Source: Thecamonas trahens ATCC 50062 (lineage: Eukaryota; Protista; Apusomonadida). From it: a stretch of 64,000 nt of DNA. Positions 8,528 to 17,710 of the stretch are shown piece after piece. Position 1 is the first letter of the stretch. Each line of letters opens with the position of its first letter. Location: assembly GCF_000142905.1 (NCBI RefSeq), contig NW_013657670.1:397498-461497 (forward strand), written 5' to 3'. The translations under genes were made by a program, and so were the position numbers. The notes under the pieces were generated by a model. The model saw nothing but the letters and a program-made list of their open reading frames with translations, was not told the DNA's origin and did no database searches.

Positions 8528-11422
8528 ATGGCCGGCCTCGTGCGTCTCCTCTGCGTCATTGCTGTTCTGTTGGCTACGGCTGCTGCCTTTCTGCCGCCAT
8601 CGGCCAACAACACGGCGCTGTACGCATGTGATGAAGAGATGTATGCGTCGCTCACGGATGCTGCTGAGGGTCTGGAGGCGTGTCTACGTGCGCCAGACTG
8701 TGGATCGGGCCCGATCTTTCTGATGGATGTGCCGTGCGCGTGCTCGGCTTGCAGCGCTGCGTTTGCACGGGTGGCGCGGATGTACAACACGTTGGCCCGG
8801 ACGGGCGCGTGTGCGGTGCAGCGGTACAATGATGGTGTTGCTGGAAGGGTGGCCAAGATCCTGGCGCTGTATCCGTGTCTTGTTACGGTCCAACCCGGCC
8901 CAGAGCGCGACGGATCGCCGGCGGACTGGTGCCCCGAACCCGGGCGCTTGCTTTGCGGCAACTACCCGCGGCTCTCTGCAGCCGGTTTTCCGCTGGCCGG
9001 AGCCGACCGCACGGCTCAGTGCAAGGCGGCGCTAGGCGCGATCTGCAACCCTAGCGTGGCGTCGCGGCACTATCCTGTCAGTGATTCACGGCAGAACGTG
9101 CCGCCGTACTGCGGCGTCGGCGCCTGCGACACCAACGGTGTTTGCTCGGTCCTCTCCAACGCAACGCAGATGCCGAGCACGGCAACGCTTCCGCTGACTG
9201 CGGTGGTCTGCCAGGCCACCTCGCCATATGCTTCCGCGGTCACCGAGGGCTACGGCCTGGACCCAGATGCGATCGGCGTTGGCTTTCCGAACGCGTCGGA
9301 CGCGACCGGCATTGCCAACGCGCTTCCGTCGATGCCGAGCTTTGCAAGGCCGCCCATTGACTGGTTTGGGAGCGGCGACTACGATACGACGGTGTGTAAG
9401 AGCGGCATGATCTGCCAGAACGGGGCGTTCTTTTCGATTTGCTGGGCAGGATGGACTTGTCCTGACGGCCCGTTTGCTTTCACCTTTGGGCCTACGCCGG
9501 AGGGCGTGTACTCGCCCAAAGGCATTGCGCGGACGTTTGATTGCGGTACGCTGATGGTGTGCGGCGCCGAGAGCGCGACGCCGATTCAGCTCTTCCCGGC
9601 CGTCATTAGCCTCGCTCTCGTTGTCGCCCTCGGCCTTGGATGCGGGGCATGGCACGCGGTGCGCTGGCGGCGAACTCGGCGGCACACTGTGACAACCACC
9701 CCCAGCCCCATGACGCCGCTGCTGCCAGCGAGTGGCATCAACGGTCCGGTGCGGCGTGGGGCCAACGTCGAGTTCCGCGACGTTGTCGTCGACACCCCGA
9801 GGTCGGCGCGGGTCTCGAAGCGCATTTTGCACGGAGTCTCTGGTTCGTTTGCCGCAGGCACGGTTACTGCGCTGATGGGTGCGTCGGGTGCAGGCAAGTC
9901 AACACTGCTCGACGCGCTGCTCGGGCGGATCCAGCTGACGTCTGGCTCGGTGGAGATGAGCGGCAAGGCTGGCTTTGTGCCACAGGCTGACATTATGGTG
10001 CCGGAGCTGACGGTGCGGCAAGTGCTAGAGCATGCGGCGGCGACGCGGCTGCCTTCGTCGCGAGTGCGACGCAAAGCAGTGGACAGGGTGCTCTCGCTTC
10101 TCTCACTGGAGCACGTGCAGGACTCGAAGATCGGCGATGCCACATGGGGCGACCGCGGGGTGAGTGGCGGCGAACGCAAGCGGGTCTCCATCGGCATCGA
10201 GCTCATCGAGCTGCCAGGCGTGCAGGTGTTGTTTTGCGACGAGCCGACGACCGGGCTTGACGCGGCGACTGCGCTGGACGTTATGCAGTCGCTTCGCAAA
10301 CTGGCTACCGTCACCGGACTCACAGTGGTTGCTGTTCTGCATCAGCCGCGACCGGAAATTCTGGAGGCATGCGATGCCGAGCTGCATCTTGCCGGCGGCC
10401 GTGTGGTCCGTGACGCGTCGATGTCTGTGGCGCCGTCCGAGGCGCGGCCGCGGCGGTCGTGGCGTAGCCGACTTCCAGGCATGCAGCGGCTGGAGCAGCT
10501 GCGTCGGACGCTTGCTGCGCGGACTGCCTTTCCAGCGCCGATGTGGCGGCAGACGTGGGCGTGCGCGAAGCGCGCATTGCAGCAGTACACCGCAAAGCCG
10601 TCTCGGCTGGTGTGGCTGGTCATTGTGCATGCGGCGTCGGCGGCGGTTCTCGGCTGCGGCTTCCTGCAGAACAAGGGCTCGGGCCTGCTTCTTCCGCCGC
10701 TGCCTGCAGCGCTTGCGAACCAGTGCCCGCCAGTGGCGCATGAGGCGTGCGCCACCGAGCCGATCGATTGGTTCAACATGCGGCTTTCGTCGTTCTACCT
10801 CTCGCTCGCGCTGGGCTCGGCCGGAGTCGCTGCGGCAATTTGGACATTTGGCGGCGAGCGAGCAGTCTTTCGCCGCGAGTACACCGCAGGCGCGTCATCA
10901 GTTGCCTATGTGGTCGGCAAGTCGCTTGTCGACATCCCGTTCATGGCACTTGGCGCAGTCATCTTTGCCGGCGTGTACTTGCCGATGCTCCGGCCGGTCT
11001 CCAATTGGGTCTGGCACACGCTGCTCTTCTTCTGCATCGAGTTTACGGTCTACGGACTCGGGTACCTGCTCTCTGTGGTGGCTTCACCATCGACAGCGCT
11101 GGTCGTCGGCATTTCGTCGACCTTTGCGGCAGCCATCCTCTCTGGTATCGCGCCCAAGTACCGACACGTGGCTGACTCGTACTCGGCGCTGGTGGTGTTT
11201 TGGGATGTCTCGTTCTCGCGGTACGTTGTCGAGGCGCTCATCGGGCTGGAGGCCCAGGTGTACCTTGACGAGCCGGATGGCGCGTTTGTCGAGAGCGTGA
11301 AGCGGTTTGCTACCGAGTACGGGTTCCGGCTCGACGCATACGTCCTCGACGTTGTCGCGCTCGTCGGCCTCGGCATGGTCACCCGGCTCCTAACCTGGTT
11401 TGCGCTAGTGAGCCAGGCTTGA
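8528..11422 (+). CDS. ABCG half-transporter with signal peptide and Cys-rich ectodomain (Adp1/plant ABCG24-28-like architecture)
   Basis: Signal peptide MAGLVRLLCVIAVLLATAAA, about 330 aa Cys-rich region, one TM, Walker A GASGAGKST, Q-loop GFVPQ, signature VSGGERKR, Walker B LFCDEPT, H-loop HQP, and ABC2 membrane domain (GGERAVFRRE). Alternative starts at 8297 and 8405. Confidence 0.9.
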   Translation: MAGLVRLLCVIAVLLATAAAFLPPSANNTALYACDEEMYASLTDAAEGLEACLRAPDCGSGPIFLMDVPCACSACSAAFARVARMYNTLARTGACAVQRYNDGVAGRVAKILALYPCLVTVQPGPERDGSPADWCPEPGRLLCGNYPRLSAAGFPLAGADRTAQCKAALGAICNPSVASRHYPVSDSRQNVPPYCGVGACDTNGVCSVLSNATQMPSTATLPLTAVVCQATSPYASAVTEGYGLDPDAIGVGFPNASDATGIANALPSMPSFARPPIDWFGSGDYDTTVCKSGMICQNGAFFSICWAGWTCPDGPFAFTFGPTPEGVYSPKGIARTFDCGTLMVCGAESATPIQLFPAVISLALVVALGLGCGAWHAVRWRRTRRHTVTTTPSPMTPLLPASGINGPVRRGANVEFRDVVVDTPRSARVSKRILHGVSGSFAAGTVTALMGASGAGKSTLLDALLGRIQLTSGSVEMSGKAGFVPQADIMVPELTVRQVLEHAAATRLPSSRVRRKAVDRVLSLLSLEHVQDSKIGDATWGDRGVSGGERKRVSIGIELIELPGVQVLFCDEPTTGLDAATALDVMQSLRKLATVTGLTVVAVLHQPRPEILEACDAELHLAGGRVVRDASMSVAPSEARPRRSWRSRLPGMQRLEQLRRTLAARTAFPAPMWRQTWACAKRALQQYTAKPSRLVWLVIVHAASAAVLGCGFLQNKGSGLLLPPLPAALANQCPPVAHEACATEPIDWFNMRLSSFYLSLALGSAGVAAAIWTFGGERAVFRREYTAGASSVAYVVGKSLVDIPFMALGAVIFAGVYLPMLRPVSNWVWHTLLFFCIEFTVYGLGYLLSVVASPSTALVVGISSTFAAAILSGIAPKYRHVADSYSALVVFWDVSFSRYVVEALIGLEAQVYLDEPDGAFVESVKRFATEYGFRLDAYVLDVVALVGLGMVTRLLTWFALVSQA

Positions 11423-11436
11423 AGCTCGAGCTAACG

Positions 11437-13695
11437 CTACCGCTGTTTGGAGCGATGGCGGAAAATCATACAGAAGAAGGCGAGCAGCCGTAGGCCACCG
11501 CCGTACAAGGCCATCCACTTGAGCGCGTTGGCAGTCACGCCGGCGTCGATATGGTAGCCGTAGTTGTTAGAGGCATAGACCGAGATCCAGTACAAGTCCG
11601 ACGGGTGCGCGTTGTGGATGACGAGTGAGGCCTCGGCGCGCCAGATGGCTTCCGAGTAGAAGAACGAGTACGTCGGCGTCCGCTGGAAGGCCATGCCAGA
11701 GAAAACGCCCATGACCATGGCACAGAGGACCGAGGTGACGGCGGCGTTGGAGCGGGCGAGGACAAACGAGGTGAGATAGCCCAGGCCAAAGTTTGTCCAA
11801 AGCATCATAAAGGTGAGCGCAAAGTAGGTGCCGAACGCGCCCCATGGGTCGGCGACTGCGGCGTAGGCTGCGAGGAAGAAAAAGGCAAAGGCAGCGGCGA
11901 GGCCCGTGTCGATGGCGTTGTTGGCCACAAAGTAGGCGAGCTGCGACGAGCCCGATGCAGCCTCGCGCCAGTAGACCGGCATGTGCTGGCCAAACGACGA
12001 GACTGCATAGGCGGTGCCCAGAATGCCGAGAACCATGACCGAGTAGAGGGCATAGAGACCCTGCGTCTCGCTCGTCGGCCAGTTCGACGAGCATGGCTGG
12101 TTCCAGTTCTGTCCGTCGGTCATCTGCGCCGCGCCAACCGGACAGTCGTCCACCATCGATGCCGGCGGTGGCAGCACGTACTTGGGCTCCATGAATGCAA
12201 GGCCAAGGAAGGCACCGGAGCAGGCAAACATGATACAGAGGAGGGCAAGCGTGGTGGTGCCGTTGGCCCATCTCAGTGCCACCCGGCCCATCTGGACTCC
12301 GGCCTGCCATACCAGATTGGGCCGTGTCGAGATGGCGGAGAGACCGGCGACGGCCACGCCGCCGCCGCGCTCATCACCGCCATCATCGGACGAGCTGCTG
12401 TTGGCCCGCGTAGCCCAGCGAGTGGTCACGGTTTGTGGATCTTGAGCCACAACATCAAGAAGCGCGTCGGGTGTGTCGACACCAAAGTAGCCCAAAGCGC
12501 CGGAGACCGAGCCCCAGTAGGCGACGGTACCGCCGGCGGCGAGGACGACCAGCGTGTCAAAAGTGTTGAACAAGTCAGATGACGGCTGGTGGATCGAGGC
12601 CACCACCGTAGTTCCGCGAGCGGACGACGCGGCCTTGAGACATCCGATGGCCTGCGAGGCGGCAAAGGTGTCCAGCCCGGACGTCGGCTCGTCGAGGAGA
12701 ACGATTGCGGGCCGAGTGACAAGCTCGAGAGCAACGTTGACCCGGCGGCGCTCACCACCCGACAGTGTTCGCTGCGAAGGTGGATCGGTGGCCGAGCCGA
12801 TGGGCACTCCTGCCACGTGCTGAAGCATCATTTCGGCAATGATGGCGTCGGCGTGGCGAGCATGCGCTCCCGGCCGTGTGAGGACCGGAAACCGCAGTAG
12901 CGAGGCAACCATCAAAAGCTGCCGCGGCGTAAGCAGAGCGTCGAGCGACTCGTCGTCTTGCGGCACAAAGCCGACGGTTTGGCGGAAGCGCGAGAGCGAG
13001 GTGGCGAGGCCGTTGACCCGGATCGCGCCCGACGCGACGCCCACTGCTCCGCGGAGGACCCTGAGCAGTGTCGTCTTGCCGGCGCCTGACGGTCCCATCA
13101 CCGCCACCATGGCGCCGGCAGCAATAGTGCCGCTCACCTTGTGCAGCAGCGTCTTGCCACCAGCCCGGACGACCACGTCGACCATCTCGACCCCAATGGT
13201 TGGGGAGCCAGACTCGAGGGCGTCATCTTCGTCGACGAGCTCGGCACAGACATCATCAGAACCGTCGGATTCGCAAGCACACCCAACCAGGCTTGGTAGA
13301 AGGAAGAGGGTGATGGCAGCGGCCAGCGCGAGCGCCAGTGGGAGAATGCGATAAGCGCGGGAGGAGGAGCAGACGGCACCGACGGGGCAGTCGACAGGGA
13401 TGGGAAGGCCAAAGGGACAGAACTTGCCCGACGGGCACGGCAGCGGCGGCACACGATCGCCAGCCACCGGTGAAAGATATCCCGCAGGAGTCCGGGAGCA
13501 GGAGGGATAACCCGGCAGCGGATGGCCAGCAGGCGAGACGCAAGTAAAGCCGACATCGCAGTCGCACAGCGGGAGGGCCACAGGGCCACAAGCCGCGCAC
13601 ACGCCCGAGACAGCGGCACAGGGCAGAGCGAGAGAGGCGAGGGCGGCAAGGGTGACCAGAACCAGGACGAGCGAGAGGAACAGACGACGATGCAT
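11437..13695 (-). CDS. Second ABCG half-transporter with signal peptide and short Cys-rich ectodomain
   Basis: Signal peptide MHRRLFLSLVLVLVTLAALASLALPCAA, CPSGKFCP..DCPVGAVC, one TM, GPSGAGKTT, GFVPQ, LSGGERRR, LLDEPTSGLD, SIHQP, and ABC2 TMD (VYWREAASG). Confidence 0.9.
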   Translation of the reverse strand: MHRRLFLSLVLVLVTLAALASLALPCAAVSGVCAACGPVALPLCDCDVGFTCVSPAGHPLPGYPSCSRTPAGYLSPVAGDRVPPLPCPSGKFCPFGLPIPVDCPVGAVCSSSRAYRILPLALALAAAITLFLLPSLVGCACESDGSDDVCAELVDEDDALESGSPTIGVEMVDVVVRAGGKTLLHKVSGTIAAGAMVAVMGPSGAGKTTLLRVLRGAVGVASGAIRVNGLATSLSRFRQTVGFVPQDDESLDALLTPRQLLMVASLLRFPVLTRPGAHARHADAIIAEMMLQHVAGVPIGSATDPPSQRTLSGGERRRVNVALELVTRPAIVLLDEPTSGLDTFAASQAIGCLKAASSARGTTVVASIHQPSSDLFNTFDTLVVLAAGGTVAYWGSVSGALGYFGVDTPDALLDVVAQDPQTVTTRWATRANSSSSDDGGDERGGGVAVAGLSAISTRPNLVWQAGVQMGRVALRWANGTTTLALLCIMFACSGAFLGLAFMEPKYVLPPPASMVDDCPVGAAQMTDGQNWNQPCSSNWPTSETQGLYALYSVMVLGILGTAYAVSSFGQHMPVYWREAASGSSQLAYFVANNAIDTGLAAAFAFFFLAAYAAVADPWGAFGTYFALTFMMLWTNFGLGYLTSFVLARSNAAVTSVLCAMVMGVFSGMAFQRTPTYSFFYSEAIWRAEASLVIHNAHPSDLYWISVYASNNYGYHIDAGVTANALKWMALYGGGLRLLAFFCMIFRHRSKQR

Positions 13696-14339
13696 GCCAG
13701 AGGGGGTAGGTGGGTAGGGGTGGGGGTAGGGGTGGGGGTGGGGGTGGGGGGAGGAGTGGGGGGGGGGTGTGGCCCGTGGCACATGCGTGCTGCCGATGTG
13801 GCTGCGGGCCGCTCAACTGCGCAGCGATCGGCAGTCTCATTGCGAGGCGTGGGTCTAACCCTTAACGGTACTGTCGTTCGGACGCGTTGTCGCGCGTCTC
13901 AAAGTGAACAACTCGATGGTGCTTGACTTCCCGGTGGGAGGCGCGCCCGCACGTGATGGCGGCCGACACGTTGACGCCCGCCTAAACGATGCCTGAGCTA
14001 CCGTCGCGGTGACGGACGCCCGGGAGCACGCGCGAGGCGCGCGAAGTGCCGGATGGCGCAGATCCGGAGGAGCGGCGGGCGCGGACGGTGCTGAGCTTGT
14101 CGTTGACGACCCCGGCGACCGGGAAGGGAAGCAGCTCAGAGTTGAACACTGCGGCCGGACGGGAGAGCGCGAAGACGTTGTGGATCTTCTTGCGACGGAC
14201 GAGCTTACCGGTCGGCGTGGCCGCGCAAGTGGTGCCACGCTATCGTGTACTGGATTCTGGACGCCGCATACGCGCTCTACGCTGACGCGAGCCCTCGATC
14301 CGCCATAGCTGGCGTGGCTTTTCCTTACGACATCATCGA

Positions 14340-14407
14340 CGCCCTCGCCGCCAGTGCCGACGCCGCCAGCTCGCGCCCTCGCCGCCAGTGCCGACGCCGT
14401 CAGCTCC
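14340..14407. repeat. Near-perfect tandem duplication, 2 x 34 bp
   Basis: cgccctcgccgccagtgccgacgccgYcagctc occurs at 14340 and 14374. Confidence 0.85.
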
Positions 14408-14638
14408 GCGCCGTCGCGCAAGCGGAAGCGCACCTCTGCAGCGGCTGCTTGTCATCACCACTCTCCCCAATAAGCCGCTCTACGACGCGACTACCTCGCC
14501 TGCCGGAAGCTTCATGATGTGCGATCGCGGCCGCGGACCTTTTGCGCCGCGTGCGGCGTCCATCTCTGCATCGCCGCCTGTTTTCTGTTGTGGCCACCAG
14601 TGGTCACAGCAGCCATTAACCCAGTATACTACTCTTTT

Positions 14639-14707
14639 ACCACGATTGATGGACGCTGCGACGTCTGTGGAGACCACGATTGATGGACGCTGCGACGTCT
14701 GTGGAGA
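14639..14707. repeat. Perfect tandem duplication, 2 x 34 bp
   Basis: accacgattgatggacgctgcgacgtctgtggag occurs twice head-to-tail. Confidence 0.9.
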
Positions 14708-14986
14708 GCGCGGCTTGCGCGATGGACCAACTTGTCCATTCCGTGCCGTAAAGGGCCAAGGTAAGATGCCCTGTCGCCGTCGCCCTGGGTTTGGCGTCTG
14801 CCGTCGCACCGTCACCGTCACCGGCACCGGCACCAACTCTGTCACCGGCAGCCTACGCCACCACTCTCTCTCCCTCTCTCTCCTCCCCCGTGCTGGCACC
14901 CACCCATAGCAAGGACCAGTGCTGCTATCCCCCACCCACCCCACCCCAACCACTCCTGCTCTCCACCAAACCGTAGGAGAGTGGGT

Positions 14987-17710
14987 ATGGCAAGCAAGGG
15001 CGGGCGAGGCCGAGACCCGCCTTTGTCGACGAGGGCAGGCACAGGGCATCCGTCTGGAGGCACGTCGTCCGGAGGCACACCGCCTGGAGGCGCATCGTCT
15101 GCTCTCGGGACAGGCGAGGAGAGAGGATGGAGACTGGTGCAAGGCGGCGAACGAGGTGGCGCTGATGATGGCGACGAGCACCCGCATCCTCCGCCGCCTG
15201 TGGCAATTCCGACTCGCGATGAAGCTGAGCTTCTGCTAAGAGCCCATGTTCGCGCCGCAGGACATAATCTCACGGCTCTGCTCAACAACCCGGTCCTGCA
15301 GGTCCCTGTGCCCTTCCCTGGACCAATCGGGCCTGTGCAGAGCCCGGCGTATTCACTGGAATCGCCGGACATGACGGTTGTCGAGACCTACCTCGCCGCT
15401 GTGGCGGGGCGGGTCGAGGCTGCGCACGAGCTCACGGTGGCTGCTGCCGCTGCAGACGAGGCTGCTTCCAACAGCGCAGTACGAGATCAAGCTCCTGTGG
15501 TCGGCCCGCATGGCGCACTCGCCGCGGTGCCGGCCATGTTCTTCGACGACCGGTTCTCGGTCGCGCAAACCGATGCGTTTTTGGCTGCTGTGGGCGAGCC
15601 ACGAGCTGGCAAGGCGCGGTCGTCGGCAGTGTTGGAGCACGAGAAGCTGGCTTACTACGTCGACATGGTGGAGACCGAGCTGACCAAAGCAATCGCGCTC
15701 AAGTCGCGATCGTTCTTCTCGACGCTTTCGACCATCCGCGAGCTTGCAGCGCTGGTCGAGGCTTGTAACACCAAGGTCGCACTGGTGCGATCGGTCCTTG
15801 GCGATGCGTCGGCACAGCTCCGCGGCTCGTCGCTCGAGGTCGGCGCTCTCCGCGAGCAAAAGCTACGCGCCGCAGACCTCCAGACGCGACTGGAGCTCCT
15901 CGGTGAGGTTCAAGCCGCGCCGGAGCTCATCGAGGCTGCTCTCGCCGACGGTGACTACGTGGCCGCACAAGATTTTATCGAATCGACCCGAGCGGTACTG
16001 GGCAAGGAGCTGAAGGGCGTACGTGCGGTGGCCACGATGCGGTTTGCGCTCGATGGCTACGCGGCCCAGCTGGAGGATGCGCTGGGCAACGAGTTTGCGC
16101 TGCTGCTGCGCAAGACGCTTGTTGCTGCCTCGTCTGTGTCACTGCCCCTGTCAGCCGGCAGCGATACCGAGGCGCAGACGCGTGGGGTGCGGGTGGTGCT
16201 GTTGAGCGCATCGCGGGTTGGTGCGCTCGCGCGGCTTCCCGTGGTGTGGCGCGACGAGCTCTCCGCAGTGCTCAAGATGCTTGTGCGGTCGACGGTCGAG
16301 TCGCGGGTGACGGCCGTGGTCGATGCCATGGGGGACCGGCCCGACTTTGATGCCTCGGCATCAATCCTGGTCCATCTCAAGGCACTCGATGCGCCCGACT
16401 ACGTCAGCGTGCTCGACGGAGTGTTCGAGGTTGCGCTCAACGCGCTCCGCGCGGCGCACGGACTCGTCAATGTCGTCGACGGCATGGCCGCTGAGCTGGG
16501 AGCGGAGCGGCTGGTTGAGGAGATGCAGACGTCGCTGGCCGACGGCGCTGAGCTTGTCCACTCGCGGGCAGCCAAGTTGCTTGCGGTGCGGGCGCAGACG
16601 AATGCCAAGCTTGACTTTCAGCGCTTCGTGGTCCTCATCCAGACGGTTGTCTCGTTCATTGTGGCATCCGAGGTGGTGGTCGGGCGCAACTGCTACGGGC
16701 TCCGCGGCCCACTCCTCTCCCAGGCCAAGGTCTTCCTCTCGACGCTTCATGACGCCAAGATGACCAAGCTGTCAATTCTACTGGAGAATGAGCTGTGGAG
16801 CCGAGTTGACGTGCCCGTCCACATCTCACACCTGGTGTCCAGCCACGACCACAAAGGCACGGCGAGCGACAATGACGTCGCCGCGCTCGACAAGCTGACT
16901 CTCCCAGCATGCGGCGTGACGTATCCGACGCCGTGCGCGTACCACCTCACGTCGTCGTCGGTCCTGCTCTTTGACATGATGCAAGACTATGTAAGCTGCG
17001 TCGAGCGGCTGCCTGCGCTGGCGCCGGACGCGGTCTCGCGGCTCGGGCTCCTGCTCAAGCACTTTAACTCGCGGAGCTGCCAGCTTGTGCTCGGCGCCGG
17101 CGCGATGCACACTGCCGGACTCAAGGCCATCACTGCTGCGCATCTTGCGGTTGCCGCGCAGTCGCTGCGAGCACTTGCACACTTTCTGCCTATCCTCTGC
17201 GAGCGGCTAGCACAGTTGCTGACGCAAAAGCAGGCCGCCGTGCTGGGCGTGCTGACCGAGGCGCGACAGGCGCTGCTCGACCACGCCGACGAAATCAATG
17301 CCAAGATTGTGGCCATCATGACAGACCGGTTCTACTTTTTCATGCAGGGCGTGCAGGGCGCGTACGATGAGGCCTTCTCCGGAGCGGCGGGGCGAGCCAA
17401 TACCGGTGAGATCTCTGCGCCGATGGCGTACATGCGGAAGATGGTCAAGTCGATTGTGGTTCTTCGCAAGGTTCTTGCGCCGCTTTTACCTCCAGACGAG
17501 CTGGCTGACATCTACAGCAAGCTCCTGGATGCGCTGGAGCGATTGGTGGTGAAGGGCGCGGCGGCGCTGGGGACGGACACACCTCGGGCGCGGGAGCAGC
17601 TGCGAGTCGACATCGCGTTCCTTCTCGCCAAAGTCGACGCGCTACCCGAAGGGCGGTTCTCGGGCACGCTCGCCACGTTTTACCAGCGGCAGCTCGTGCG
17701 GCGGAGCTAA
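14987..17710 (+). CDS. VPS54: GARP complex subunit Vps54
   Basis: HNLTALLNNP, HEKLAYYVDMVETEL..SRSFF, LENELW, and the Vps54 C-terminal motif LKHFNSRSCQLVLGAGAMHTAGLKAITAAHLAVAAQSL. Confidence 0.93.
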   Translation: MASKGGRGRDPPLSTRAGTGHPSGGTSSGGTPPGGASSALGTGEERGWRLVQGGERGGADDGDEHPHPPPPVAIPTRDEAELLLRAHVRAAGHNLTALLNNPVLQVPVPFPGPIGPVQSPAYSLESPDMTVVETYLAAVAGRVEAAHELTVAAAAADEAASNSAVRDQAPVVGPHGALAAVPAMFFDDRFSVAQTDAFLAAVGEPRAGKARSSAVLEHEKLAYYVDMVETELTKAIALKSRSFFSTLSTIRELAALVEACNTKVALVRSVLGDASAQLRGSSLEVGALREQKLRAADLQTRLELLGEVQAAPELIEAALADGDYVAAQDFIESTRAVLGKELKGVRAVATMRFALDGYAAQLEDALGNEFALLLRKTLVAASSVSLPLSAGSDTEAQTRGVRVVLLSASRVGALARLPVVWRDELSAVLKMLVRSTVESRVTAVVDAMGDRPDFDASASILVHLKALDAPDYVSVLDGVFEVALNALRAAHGLVNVVDGMAAELGAERLVEEMQTSLADGAELVHSRAAKLLAVRAQTNAKLDFQRFVVLIQTVVSFIVASEVVVGRNCYGLRGPLLSQAKVFLSTLHDAKMTKLSILLENELWSRVDVPVHISHLVSSHDHKGTASDNDVAALDKLTLPACGVTYPTPCAYHLTSSSVLLFDMMQDYVSCVERLPALAPDAVSRLGLLLKHFNSRSCQLVLGAGAMHTAGLKAITAAHLAVAAQSLRALAHFLPILCERLAQLLTQKQAAVLGVLTEARQALLDHADEINAKIVAIMTDRFYFFMQGVQGAYDEAFSGAAGRANTGEISAPMAYMRKMVKSIVVLRKVLAPLLPPDELADIYSKLLDALERLVVKGAAALGTDTPRAREQLRVDIAFLLAKVDALPEGRFSGTLATFYQRQLVRRS

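Noticed and set aside
14340-14707. 34-bp repeats as a possible CRISPR array
   Set aside because: Only two adjacent copies each, no spacers, no cas genes, and a eukaryotic context.
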